Below the pieces are notes generated by a model. The model was not told the DNA's origin and searched no databases. It saw only the letters and a program-made list of their open reading frames with translations. Shown one piece after another: positions 50,301 to 63,175 of a stretch of DNA of 64,000 nucleotides (within the stretch, counting starts at the first letter, position 1; each line of letters opens with the position of its first letter). The stretch is from NCBI RefSeq assembly GCF_000143415.4, contig NW_003314277.1, positions 1,202,652-1,266,651 on the forward strand, given 5' to 3'. The position numbers and the translations under genes are program-made. This DNA comes from Selaginella moellendorffii (lineage: Eukaryota; Plantae; Lycopodiophyta).

Positions 50301-52146
50301 ATTACTTCATTATTGAAGCGGAAGAACCTGGTTGGTCGTACTGCTCGATGGGCTTTGAAGCTTCAGATATATAATTTTGATGTTGTTCATTGCCCAGGGA
50401 GTTCTATGGCTGATGCTGATGCCCTTTCTCGAGCTCCTCTTCCTTCTCCATTCTCTTCTCATGTTTTTTATGAGCTTGTTGTTCCAGCCTCTGTGGATTT
50501 TCTAGATGAGGATTCTGTGTCGTCGACAGTTGTTGTACTTGACGTTTAGTGTCCACAAGGCGCAGAGCAAGATCTACCTTCTCTTGATGAGGTTCACGAG
50601 GCTCAAAAGATTGAGCCGTGGATTTGAAAGCTTCGAAATAGGTTTGAGAATCTTGCATCATTTGCTGATGACTTGCTTTTCCGGCATTTACATCCTCAAT
50701 ATCGCCTTAAAGACGGCTTTCTTTATTTTTTGGGGACGGATCCTGATGATCATTTACGGCTGGTGGTACTTTCTATCTTTATTCTGCGATTTCTTCATGC
50801 CTACCATGATTCTCCTGTTCTAGGTGGGCATATGGGACATCGTCATGTAACTGAGAAGCTGCGCAGGTCTTTCTATTGGCTGGAGATGCGACGTGATATT
50901 ATTCGGTATGTGCGTAACGGCGTTTGGTGCCAAGCTCGTAATACTCCCCCTTGGGCTGCGGAAGAACAGTTGGAGTCAATTGCAGTTTCCCGTCCGTTTG
51001 AGTTGGTAGCATTTGATCTTATGGGACCTTTTCCACGGTCAACTGCTGGCAATGAGTATGTTATTATTGCTTCTGACTACTTGACTTGTTAAGTGGAAGT
51101 TGGTGTTCTTGCTAGCGCCTTTGCCACTGCTGTTGGATATTTCCTCCTCAATCTAATGGTGTTCTAGCATTCTTGTCTAGAGCTAATTCTTTCGGATAAT
51201 GGTCCTGCATTTATGGCTAAGGCATTTCATATTTTGACATCTCGGTTGGGGATACGCCACACTTTCATGAGTGCTTATCATCCACAATCAGATGCTCTGG
51301 AGGAACGGCTCGTTCGGACATTCAAGGGGATGATTGCGAAGTATATGAACTTTCATCATTCAGATTGGGATGGTTATTTGCTGTCTCTTCGGTATGCATA
51401 TGTCACAGGGGTGCAGAGTTTTGTTGGTGCTTCACCATATAAACTCCCATATGGTCATGATTCAATATTACTAACAGAGCTAGGTTTACCTTCACAATTG
51501 CCACAAGATGCAGATGCTAGGTCATGGGATCAGTATTTGACGAGTATTCTTCCACTTGTCCAAGCGGAGTCTGCCGAACACTTAAGCTGCATACAAGTGG
51601 GACAACAACGGCGGTACAACTCCCATCATCATCCACCTGCGGAGTACAAAGTGGATGATTTGGTGTTAGTCTGCTTTCCCCATATTACGGTACGTGGTTT
51701 ATCTAAGGGGCTCCTTACACAGTGGAAAGGACCGTATCGGGTGTTGCGGCAAGTTGGACCACAAATTTATGAGGTTCGGTATGACGTCCAGCAAGCCAAT
51801 CCTCCAAAGATTGTGCATGTACAGCGGTTGAAACACTTCATACAAAGGGATCAGGAGCAGTTAATACCACCTACAGATCTACCGATGCTTCCTTCTAACG
51901 TTCCTCCAAATCTCAGCCCATCTACAAGAGAACTCTGATGGTCTTCTATTGTTTTGGGAAGAGGGGATGATGTGAGGGCTTAGTGTACAGTTACGATGCC
52001 ATATACTAATATTAGTGTAGTGGGATTTTGGTAGCCATCGAATTGGTTTCAATCTGGACCACTCGCTCCTATATATAAGCTAGGGTTTTTGAGCTAATAG
52101 ATATGCACATTTCTGTATTCCCTTTCCATATTCCATGCACTCCACA
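47393..52146 (+). mobile_element. Ty3/gypsy element (gag-PR-RT-RH-INT-3'LTR), degenerate, no 5' LTR, non-chromovirus
   Basis: Gag from ~47543 (FRGNPRDDVYHW, CLQGTALQWY, CCHC knuckle C*ACDEVGHTYQHC); LVDTG; RT FIDD; integrase with WKGPY...VHVQRLK; PPT ~51956-51970; LTR 51971-52146; many stops and frameshifts. Confidence 0.92.
48451..48490 (+). promoter_or_regulatory. -1 programmed ribosomal frameshift signal between gag and pol
   Basis: G GGA AAC in gag phase; stem cgcaag...cttgcg 9 nt downstream; the -1 frame runs open into the protease. Confidence 0.75.
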
Positions 52147-52753
52147 TACAAATATTTTAAGTATCTATAAATTCTTATGAATATTCTATTATCCTGACTT
52201 TTATAATCTTAATAAACCTAAAAAAATAGATTTAACTATTGTTATTTTGATTATTAATGTTAAAAATTTGGAAGAATGTATATGTAACAAAATTTTCCAT
52301 TTTACTTTAATCATTTAACTACATTTTTAACCACTTAAAGATGTCTCACTCACAACTTTCATAAGTATTCATCAATTTAGGGTACTACCTTAAATATAGT
52401 CTCTAATTGACTTTATACTTGGTTTAAATGTCTAACTTTTATATCACACAAGAAAAATACTATTGATATATCAAGCTCTTATATTAAAGATAAATCCATT
52501 TTCATTTGCCTCACTGGTAGTTTAAAACCATTTGTATCTATAAAACACTTTATTTCTTTCCTCTTAAAGTAACTGCAAAAAGGTAATGGCTAACATTTTC
52601 TAACCCATTTGTATTATTCTAAATTAATTCTTTTTGTAATAGAATGAAATGAAAGAGATGACAATTTTATTAAATAAGCATAAATACCAAAACTATCGTT
52701 TTTCTGAGCTATAATTAATTTAGTTATTGTGTAAAAGGCCAAGATTAAAAAAT

Positions 52754-53676
52754 AGAACATTAATATTTTAAAAGGCATTATGAAGTTACTCAGTTCTTCT
52801 GCTACTCTTTCACCTCCCTGTTGTTGGCACAACCTCTTATTCATACACCTCAGCATTGTTACATCAACTATCTAGTGAAAGAAAAACCGAAACTTCAACT
52901 TCAACTTCATCTTCATATGGAAAGATGTTATGCTTGCTCTTTATGGTTCTGGAAGAACCTGAAGATGATCACCATCTCTGCACTTGCTCACTCCAGGCTG
53001 GATGCTGCTGCTGCTTACCAAGAATCTGGAATGGAGCTCATAGTCAAAGATGTTGGACGTCTTGCCGCCGCCTCCAAAGTAATCAAACTCAGAGAATTCA
53101 TAGGTAAATTTGTCTCTGGTGCGTTCTGCCAGGTTCTTGGACTTGATCAGCCTGATTGAGAAGCAGACCCTGAGCATCAATGTCGGGAAGTTCATACCGC
53201 CACTTGATTGTCTTGATCTCCATGGAGTGAACCGGAGAATAAGGGACGATCTGATGCCAAAGTTGCAAACTCGAGATTGAATCCTCGGGCCAGGAATTGA
53301 TTCCCAAGGACTGGACGGATGTGCTTCTGTCTCTGCAAGACGCTGCTGATAATAATCTCTCAGGCATGGCCCTGCTCACTGTAAGTACACGCAAAGTTCT
53401 TGATCTGGTTGCAGCTGAATTGACAACATGAAGGGAGCTGTACTGGGCGATGGCAGAAGTGATTCAGAACCCTTGGTCATACAAAAACCGCATGAAGAAA
53501 TCCAAGACGCAATTGGGACCAAGCGCCTCTAAGGCCTTCAGATGTCCCCAGCTTGTCTACATACACGCAATCCTGAAAGAGGCATTAGCCAGCTACACGG
53601 TTCCTTGGAAAGCATTTAGGACGAAAGTGTTTTGGATCTCTTCCGATTGCCAGATGTTGATGAGCACCGTGGAGCC
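52754..53676 (+). repeat. Left arm of ~0.9-kb inverted duplication; contains cytochrome P450 pseudogene fragments
   Basis: Reverse complement of 56686-57545; YWAMAEVIQNP and LVYIHAILKEAL motifs with stops. Confidence 0.85.
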
Positions 53677-53699
53677 GTGGAGCACGAGTAGGTTTTCTC

Positions 53700-54855
53700 T
53701 GCGAAGGTTCTTAGCTGTATTTTAATCCAAGATGCTGAGTAACCTTAAGGTTAGAGACATGTTGTTTCTTTCTTCTTATTGTTCTTGTGATGAGTATTTT
53801 ATTGTAGGTGCTGATGATTGCCTTGCTTCTCAAAATGATCATGAGACGCCGGTTTTCAGTTTTACAGGTGAAACTTCGTGCATTTTGCTCTTCATGTGTT
53901 CTAACTTGTGGAAGCAGTGGGAGGCACTTGCTTTGCTACTGATTGGTATCAGTGTGAATCAGCTGCATACAACGCCAACTGGGACAACAGTCGTCGTTCC
54001 GCTTCAATCCATTGCATATGTATACACCTTGATTTTTGTAAGTCAGATTTTCTTTGCATGCTGTGCTGTTTGCTCAATCTACGATCTCCGTTACAGGTCA
54101 CTATGCCATCCATGGCGTCCGTGTTCAATGAACCGCGCCCTTGAGAGTCAGTTGGAGACAAGTGTTCATCTTCACTTGTAAATGTTTTTCTCTCTGTTTC
54201 TTTTTGCAGAACCTGTTTCTTTACAGTTATGGAGCGATGTTCACCTTTCTAGCGATTCTGGTTACTGCTGATTTTAGTGGTATGGCCTTTACTCTATCTG
54301 GTTTTTTTCTTTTTCTTAATCCATGTGCGCTTTGTCAGCTGGGAATGGGCTTAATCGGGCCACTCTCGGGCAACAATGTTTCTAATCTTCAACAACGCAG
54401 CGCAAGGAATACTCTCTTGCTTCTTTTTAAAATATGCCGGTAAGTCTTGAACTTTTGATGTGGCGTTTCTATAGGTGCGTTTTTCCAGATGCAATCTTGA
54501 AAAAGTACTCGTCTACTGTTGCAACAATCTTTACGGCTTTGGCTTCTGTCGCCTTATTCGGCACAAACTGACAATCAACTTTGTCTTAGGAGTATCAATT
54601 GTTATAATTTCTCAGGTATCCTCGTAGCTCTATTGCAAATACTCTGCTAACGTAATAATGTAACAGTTCTTCTCGGCACTAAGCAAAACGAAGGACGAAA
54701 AGCTTGACAATCAGATGGACACGTTCGTTGACAAGCATAACACTTACACGAGGTAACCTATATATTTGACCTCCATTTGTGCGTTCTAAGTTTCACCCTT
54801 CTTTCCTTTAGGCCCAAGGATGATCGATATGACTGCTGGTGCTGGTGAACAGGTA
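53700..54855 (+). pseudogene. 5'-truncated CMP-sialic acid/nucleotide-sugar transporter-like fragment with introns
   Basis: [71 protein letters not shown]; frameshifts. Confidence 0.8.
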
Positions 54856-55108
54856 TGGACTTCGATATTATGTGCTATGTATACTTAAATCCGGTGCTAA
54901 CAGGCAAATCTTAAAGTCGTTATACTGGATGACAGACAACCTTTGCTTCCTACTTAAGCTCGAGCGCAGTAATAGTAGTATATGGAGCAGCATACTGTAC
55001 AAAACCGCGGTGATGGGTAAGGAGACGGTAGCGTTTCCATTCAAGCTAATTTTTGCTGAGGAAGGTTTGAGTGGCTGTCTCAGAGCGAATGCACACGAGC
55101 TAAATAAG

Positions 55109-56400
55109 ATGGGGGGGAAAGATGACTGTGATTTCCTCAAGTTACAACCGTTTCGTGTTTTCTTTTTCTTTTTCCAGTGAGGTGCCGTAGCAGACCGGGC
55201 TTGCTTGTTCTGTTCTATATTTTCGGCGTCTACAACTTCACTTGTCTCTGGAGCCACAGTGGTACAACAGGCAGCTGGCCTACGAGTGCGGCCTTTCGGA
55301 TGCTACTGTTACCCTGGATTGCCGCTGATAGTATCAACAGCTTGGTTAGTTAAATCCTCTTCTATTCACTGATTGCTGTTTTCTTTCTTTCCTTTTTTTA
55401 AAATTTTTTCAGACCGCGGACGAGTTTCGCAATCTTCAAACTGTGCTGAAGGAAGCTGCTTTTAACAAGACTGTCATCGTGACTCCTTTGAATAAGGCTT
55501 GGGCATCAGAACTGCTATCCTACTTCCTGGCTAGCTTCCAAGACGGTGACGATACGACTCACCTTCTTCCGACGCTGCTGATCTTCACGTTGGATCCATC
55601 TGCGCACAAGAAATGCCTGGAAGCTCATCCGCACTGCATCCTCCTTGAGAGCAATGGCGTGGACCGGCTTCTCTTTCAGCAGAGAAGCCGTACATGACTC
55701 GGGACTACTTGAGAATGACAAGGAAGAAAATATCGTTCTACAGATGGGATACAACTTCATCTTCTCGGTAAAACTTTGAACCACTTTCTCCTTGCCTTCC
55801 TGTACTAATTCTTCTCCAGGAATTGTCTCCAGGATGCAGACGTCTTGTGGCTGCGAAATCCCTTCTCGAATTTCTCTCCGGAAGCAGACGTGGAGCTGGC
55901 TTGTGACTTTTTCAATGGCAACGAGACGGACATTCGCAACCAGGACAACACGGGGTTGATGCACGTGAGATCCAATAACCGGACGATCGAGCTCTTCAAG
56001 TACTGGGACAGGCACGCCAAGTTCTACTACCACATCCACGACCAGGAAGTCTTCGACAGGATCAAGCTCCTCGCCGAGTTCCGGGCCATAGGAGCCAAAG
56101 ATTCGGTTCATGCCAACGGAGGTTTTCAGTGGGTTTTGCAAGCCAGCCAGCGACATGGAAAGAGTTTGCACCATTCACGCCAACTGCTGCCAGGGCCTCC
56201 GCTCCAAGCTTGCGGATTTGCAGCTCGTCCAAGAGGACTGGAACCATTTCATGCGGACCAGGAACAGAGCAAATCGGCCCAAGAGGTTTCGAGCTCCGAG
56301 GATATGCCTCTTCTCGGCCTTTACGTCGAAACCGTGCTACAGGTCTTGCTACAGTAGAAGTTTGAATGTTTCCGTTAAACTTGTTCTTCGATGGGACTAG
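55109..56400 (+). pseudogene. Nucleotide-diphospho-sugar transferase family (GT77-like) gene, frameshifted
   Basis: NKTVIVTPLNKAWA, GYNFIFS|DADVLWLRNPF, HDQEVF, CTIHANCC; frameshifts at ~55670 and ~56100. Confidence 0.8.
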
Positions 56401-56505
56401 GAAAACTTGTTTTCATCAGATTTTCAATGAGTTCTTGTAAGTGCATAATGCTTCCTGTTTTGTGAATTGCCAGTTTTCACCCTCATTCATATAGAGATTT
56501 GCAGC

Positions 56506-57545
56506 TCAGCTGGGGAGTTGCAAAGTTAGCTCTGAAGCCAGCTTGCTTGTTTCTCTATCAGGTCGACCGAGTTTTGATCCGGTGGAAGGCTGGGCTTGCA
56601 AAACTGCGAAGGGGATGAAACGAACAGCAACTGGATGCCCCGGGCACATCCTGCATCCAGCAGAGAATGGGATCGTCTCCCGAAAGGCTCCACGGTGCTC
56701 ATGGACATCTGGCAATCGGAAGAGATCCAAAACACTGGCCTAACCCAGAAGACTTTCGTCGTACCGTGTAGCTGGCTAATGCCTCTTTCAGGATTGCGTG
56801 CATGTAAGGCAAGCTGGGGACATCAAGAGGCGCTTGGTCCCAATTGCGTCTTGGATTTCTTCATGCGGTTTTTGCATGACATAGGGGTTCTGAATCATTT
56901 CTGCCATCGCCCAGTACAGCTCCCTTCATGCTGTCAATTCAGCTGCAACCAGATCAAGAACTTTGCGTTTACTTACAGTGAGCAGGGCCATGTCTGAGAG
57001 ATTATTATCAGCAGCGTCTTGCAGAGACAAAAGCACATCCGTCCAGTCCTTGGGAATCAATTCCTGGCCCGAGGATTCAATCTCGAGTTTGCAACTTTGA
57101 CATCAAATCGTCCCTTATTCTCTGGTTCACTCCATGGAGATCAAGACAATCAAGTGGCGGTATGAACTTCCCAACATTGATGCTCAGGGTCTGCTTCTCA
57201 ATCAGGCTGATCAGGTCCAAATAGAACCTGGCAGAACGCACTAGAGACAAACTTACCTATGAATTCTGTGAGTTTGATGACTTTGGAGGCAGTGGCAAGA
57301 TGTCCAACATCTTTGACTATGAGCTCCATTTCAGATTCTTGGTAAGCAGCAGCAGCATCCAGCCTGGAGTGAGCAAGTGTAGAGATGGTGATCATCTTTA
57401 GGTTCTTTCAGAACCGTAAGGAGTAAGCATAACATCTTTCCATTTGAAGTTGAAAATGGAGTTTTAGTTTTTCTTCCACTAGATAGTTGAGGTGTATGTG
57501 CCGAGAGGAGTAACTTTATAATGCCTTTTAAAATATTAATGTTCT
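56506..57545 (-). pseudogene. Right arm of the inverted duplication; cytochrome P450 pseudogene extending to the heme motif
   Basis: IPFSAGCRMCPG (cf. PFGAGRRMCPG); mirror of 52754-53676. Confidence 0.8.
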
Positions 57546-57546
57546 T

Positions 57547-58235
57547 ATGTGTGTATGGAATATAGAAAGGGAATCTAAAAAAGGTGTATATCAATTAACC
57601 CAAATAAAAGCAAGTGGTCTAAATTGAAATCACTCTAACAACTACTAAAATCCCACTGCACTAATATTAGTATATAGCATTATAGTTGTATATTTGGCTC
57701 TCACATCATCCCCTCTTTTCGGAATAATGGAAGATCATCAAAGTTCCTTCATAGATAGGTTAGGATTTGGAGGAATATCAAGAGGAGGCATTAATGAATC
57801 TATAGGGGGTTATTAATTGTTCCTAATCCCTTTGTATGAAATGTTTCAATTGTTGTATATGCACAATTTATAGAAGATTGGTGTGTTGAATGTCATGCTA
57901 AACCTCATAAACTTGCAGTCCAACTTGCTACAACACCTGATATAATCCTTTTCATTGCCCTTTACATAAATCATGTACCATAAGATGACAAAAACAAACT
58001 AACACCAAGTCATCCACTTTATACTCTATATGTGGATGATGATGGGAGTTGTAGTGCCATTTTTATTCCACTTGTACGCAACTTAAGTGTTCGGTAGATA
58101 TAGCAATTGCGAAAGTAAACCCAACTCTGTTAGTAATATTGGATTATGACTATATAAAAGTTTATATGGTGAAGCATCAATAGAACTTTGCACCCTTATG
58201 ACATATGCATACCAAAGAGATGGCAAATAACCATC
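57547..58235 (-). mobile_element. Heavily decayed LTR + integrase C-terminus of the same gypsy family
   Basis: Collinear with 34933-35713, with many C>T/G>A changes. Confidence 0.85.
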
Positions 58236-59866
58236 AAGCTCTATTTCGTTAAAGTGGGATTTATTCAGTAAAATGGGACTAGGTACAAATTTTCAAGTAT
58301 TTGAAAATGACATGAAATTATATGTTTTTTGTCCAGGGGCTAGACATATCTGGGGCATGGTGACTAGCGCGGTGACTTTGTGTCCAGACTGAGTCCATCT
58401 GGTTGTATAATAAATCTCATTGTCAAGATGAACAAGCCGAATCTGAAGCTAAAGAAGAGCGATGGCATGCGCGCACACACTATTTGTTTGTTCATTAAGC
58501 GTGTGGTGAGCTTTCCAAGATGAACGTCATTCCTATTAGCTAGACATATAACTTAATGGTGAGAACATTTAGATATTATTCAATGTTATCTTTTTCTAAC
58601 GAATCTAATTGTGAAGGTGTAGCAAGAGGCATTGCTAGTCTGGAGAAGTCATTTAACTCATTTGACCCTTAGTGTATTTTCATGAAACTAAATAACATTC
58701 ATATTATTAAGGAATTTCTCTAGTACCTTTTTTTTACGACATAGAGGCTTGCATTTCTTTCAAAGGTGATTTAGTAAAAGGCCTGAGGGCACATGCCATT
58801 CTATTTCTCAGACCGGTATTAAGATATACTAGTGCAAAGGGAAAAAGGTATTTGGTGATCAAGTAAATGGCATGAGGGCACACGCCATTATAAGCCTAAG
58901 CGCTAGTGGACACCTCCTTTTTGGTACTCTCAGCGGTACTATCATCCTTCTCCGGGTCAGTTGTTTTGCTTTGGATTGTTGTCTTTGACGTTACTGGGGC
59001 GTTCTCGATAGTTGTTAATGTTACCGTTTGTTCAGAAAAATGATCACCTGGAGTATAGTACGGGGAGTTTGGAAGACTTATATATTCTACATCTTCACCT
59101 ATTTCCTTCTCCGTCTCCTTTTCTGCCTCACTTACAGATTTTGTGCTTGCCATGAGAACGCTCTTCACCCTAAAATATGGAGTTCGTTGTGTTATAAAAG
59201 GAAACCAACACACACGCTGCAAGGGAATGATGGTACATAAAGCATGTAAGCCCACAATATGGGTTTATGTGCCATTAATATGGGCCACACGCCATATTAT
59301 TAGATTTATGCACGTGTGATTGGTAAATGCATATGTCACATCATCTTTGTTTTACCTCACACACTATATCAGGCCTAATGAACCATATCACATGTGCGCA
59401 TATGCTATATATATGGAGAAGTATTATGCAAGGATAGAAAAATTCAATGCATGATTGTGGAGAGCAATGGCATGAAGCCACATGCTAAATAACATTTTAG
59501 AGAAAGAATTAAAATAAAAACATGCAAACAATACTGAGTGGACCAAGACTTAGAAGTGCACAATTGAATGAGGTATTTCTAATAAATATTTCACTCACCT
59601 CATATAGGAATGGCTACCACTCTCAAATGGCGTATCGCCTCATGCCATCACCTCGCAATTTGTTATAACAATCCGATGAATTCATATTCGGCTTGTTCAC
59701 CTTGAACTTTAAGTAAGATTTGCTAGAACAACTAAGAATTTATACTTGTTATTTGTATCATCTCACCTAGGAATGGCGTAAGGCCACATGCCATCACGCC
59801 TCCTTTGATTCAGATTCGGATTGTTCACCTTGAAATAAAATACATTAGAAACTTAGTAAAGGAATA

Positions 59867-62678
59867 TTAATGAATCTCACCTTGAACCCGGGCTATGAAT
59901 GCTCTTGCTGCATCTCTTGCATGGTCTGGCAAGGTGATGGTGGCACTCTGCTTCCGCATCCAACCATGCACAACATTATCCACCGATATGCTCATGCTGG
60001 GATCCCTTGGATTCAGCACCCATCTCTTTTCTAGGCAATCCTTCGTATATCCGAAACATGGCTTGAACCACTCCACAGTTACATTAAAGGAGTTAGTTTC
60101 CGCGTCCTCCTCTGCATCAGTGATGCAGCGCCCCACCCATATCATTTGTTTTTTATTACTGGGTCTGACAAGCACGACCATTCCTTTGCAGACCTGTACT
60201 GGATTGAATGCTGAATCCGGCTTCTTGTTCCTCGGCCCACAATAGTGATCATCAACATCGTTATCTGTCACTGCATTTCCAGAGGACATTGTTCCGCTAC
60301 TATCTGGTGCTCTGGGTTCTGGCCAAAAGGACTCTTCCAATTCTTCATATACAACTGGCCCATTTTGGATAGCAGATATAATCTTCTCCCAGTATTCGAT
60401 CAAAGGCTTGCACCTCTGAAAATAGGATTCTCCACCAAACACCAACCCCCTCTTCCAGAAGGCAATATGCTGTCTAATCCCGGCCACTATACTTTCCTGG
60501 TCTTTGAGTCCATCCGGGTGTATCGGCCGTGGGGAACCCTGAGGAATCATAGGTTCCCCAGTTATGGGATCTCTCTTGAAGACTTCAATGCCGTCCACTG
60601 GCAGCCACACTGTGTCCCATTCTCTCATCTTGTACCTCATCACTGGAGCACTGTCGCGCATGCTGAAATGAAATTGAAGAGGCTTGGAGTGGCCAATCAG
60701 CGTTTCGGATCCGTCCCTAATGTAGCCTCTTACAAACCCCTTAAAGTCTGGAACCTCTGTCACAAGTGCAGCTTCAACAGTGCCTTTGATGCAATTTTGG
60801 AATTCATCGTAGAGTTGTGGGAGGGTGAGGACATTGGATCGCCGGAGGGACTCTGCCAGGTGACTGAACATGGCATCGACGTCTTCATGAGTGTGCCCAA
60901 CTATGAGAAAGCCAAGTGTAACCGTTTCAAATATGCCTTTGGCAACAAGCATCGCCAAGTACGCGAAGACGTACATGTTTTTGTTCTCACTGCCAGCATT
61001 GTCTGTTTGGAGCAGAAGATGGGGTGGAAGGCCACATCGGCCGCAAGAACTTCCTTGAGATTCTACTTCGTTTGGATGAGGCTGTGCATTCACTGGGCGA
61101 CCAGCCTCGTCGGAATGGCATGAGGCCTCACGTGATAACCCTACAATCTGACGGCCAACATATTCACTAGGATGGCATGGGGCCCCACGCGATACTGCAA
61201 GCCTTTGCTCCTCCTCCAGCTGAACCCTGTATGGGGTTCGATCGACAAGGGCCTTATGCAAGGGTTGGCCGTTCAGCTCAGTCTGCGCACTTTGTAGAGA
61301 CTTTAAGTGTTTTGCTAGGGACGCAATCATCATGTTTGCACCCCCGCCACCCCATAGAGGTACAAAGAAGTTCCCATAGTTCTGGGCACCATGCCCATGA
61401 GCGATTATGCCAAACAGAGACACAGACAGCTGCATGGATGAAGAGATTGCCTTGGGGGCAGGATTGAGTCGAGGTAAGCATGTCTTTTTCTGGTCCATTT
61501 TGTCATGGATGATGCAGAGGTAAGAGTCAGGTCTCTCCATGGAGAGAATCCTGTTATGATAATATGCAGTCCTGCAGCTTCTCTGCTCGATGTTGGGTGT
61601 CTCGTGTTCCATCTTCCAAGAGGCGGGTTTTATGTGGTTGCTGCTCGCTACATGTCTTGACAAACCTCTTGAAGATTGCCTCTCCATATACAACATGACC
61701 CCTGGTTTTGTGCGTACCATCATTCCCATGGACTGCCTGTTGAACCCTTTGTTCCTCGAACTCAGTTTTGATTCTGTAGAATGTGGTTCGAGGGACTCCA
61801 TAAATGATTCTCCATGCCTTCATGCAGACCAAACCCCTCTGGAAGACCATGCCCCCCACCTGATGTTCTGAAGCATCAACAGATGACCGTAATGCCTCAT
61901 ACACAAAATTGCGAGCTGCCTTCCAGGACAATGTCTTGTATCTTGCTCTCTCCTCTTCAATAGCATCCCAATCAGCATGTTGACAGCACCTCCTCTTGCA
62001 ACAAGCAACTGTCGAGACCATTCGAACCTCCATCGCCATTTTCTGCCTTTTCGGTTCGTTGCTCAGATCCCTTTGGCTGCGCTTTAGGAAGGTGTACTTT
62101 CTTTTCCCATGAAGAGATGTTCTGTCATCAGTTGTAGTGGTGTTTGATTGTGAATCCTTCACATTCTCAAACACTAAGTGCCTCAATTTCCACCGCACAA
62201 TGCTTCCAATAGTCAGACTGTTTTCTTCTGTGTCAACAACCTCTAAAATCGCAACTCCAATATCATCCCAGCCTAATTCTTGATTAGCAACCGCATCTCT
62301 TGGATCGACAACTGTGGCTAAGCCCTCAGCTACCACCTCCCCCTCGGGGTTGTTTAGAAACACCTTTGCCTGAATCCATGTAGCATGGTTCTTAAGATCC
62401 ACGGAGGGAACATGCGTCACACTTGCGCTGTCCCCAACATCTGCTTTCTTCTGAAGATTTTTCAAGGCAACAACAACATTTACCCCGACGACCATCTCTC
62501 CTCGTTCAATAGCAACCACATTCCCATCGAAGACAGTCTCTACTGATACAGCAGCATTGCCTTCCCCAAGCCTTTGACAGTGTATAACAAAGTTCCGATC
62601 CATAGACACAAAGGTCCCTTTTGCAACTCTCTTCCCACCATTCAAAATGTAAACCTTTTCCCCAACCCTGAAGGCCAT
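59867..62678 (-). mobile_element. DNA transposase gene, Sola1/DUF7869-like DDD core, disrupted near 61590
   Basis: IIHDKMDQ, LLQTDNAGSENKN, FLIVGHTHEDVDAMFS; upstream ORF with CCKRRC and VCMKAWRIIYGVPRTTF (HTH-like); frame switch between ORFs 61554-62678 and 59867-61801. Confidence 0.7.
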
Positions 62679-63043
62679 TCTGAAAGTGCAGAAAAGAAGT
62701 TAAGACCATACAAAAAATGATTGGAGAATGGCCTAAATCATAACATACCAAAAAACCTCAATAGCATGAGGCCACATGCCATTATTCAAACATGCTATTA
62801 CACCCACGTGAAATTTCGCATTCACAAAATTGGCATGAGGCCTCATGCCATCTTGATATACACACAGCTGCAGGCAAGTAAAAACATACATGACAATACG
62901 CTAGCCATGAAATTGCAAGGGCCCAAGATGGCATGTGGCCTCATGCCATTTCTAAATGTGGTCCTAAGCCATTCCATGGTGAACATACCAGGAAGCACAA
63001 GTGCCGAATATCAAGAGGAAGCGGTAGCCACACCAAAGACAGT

Positions 63044-63175
63044 GCCGCTCGCAACACCGCAACTACTCGTAGCGCCGCTCGCAACACCGCAACTGCTCGT
63101 AGCGCCGCTCGCACAAACTGCCACTCGCATAAACTGCCGCTCGCAATGGCGCTCGCAATGCCGCAACCGCTCGTA
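63044..63175. repeat. GC-rich minisatellite (30-bp unit gccgctcgcaacaccgcaactrctcgtagc and shorter derivatives)
   Basis: Direct reading. Confidence 0.75.

Noticed and set aside
52754-57545. Canonical Pack-MULE with TIRs
   Set aside because: The arms are P450-derived, and no 9-11-bp TSD or MULE termini were seen; kept only as an inverted duplication
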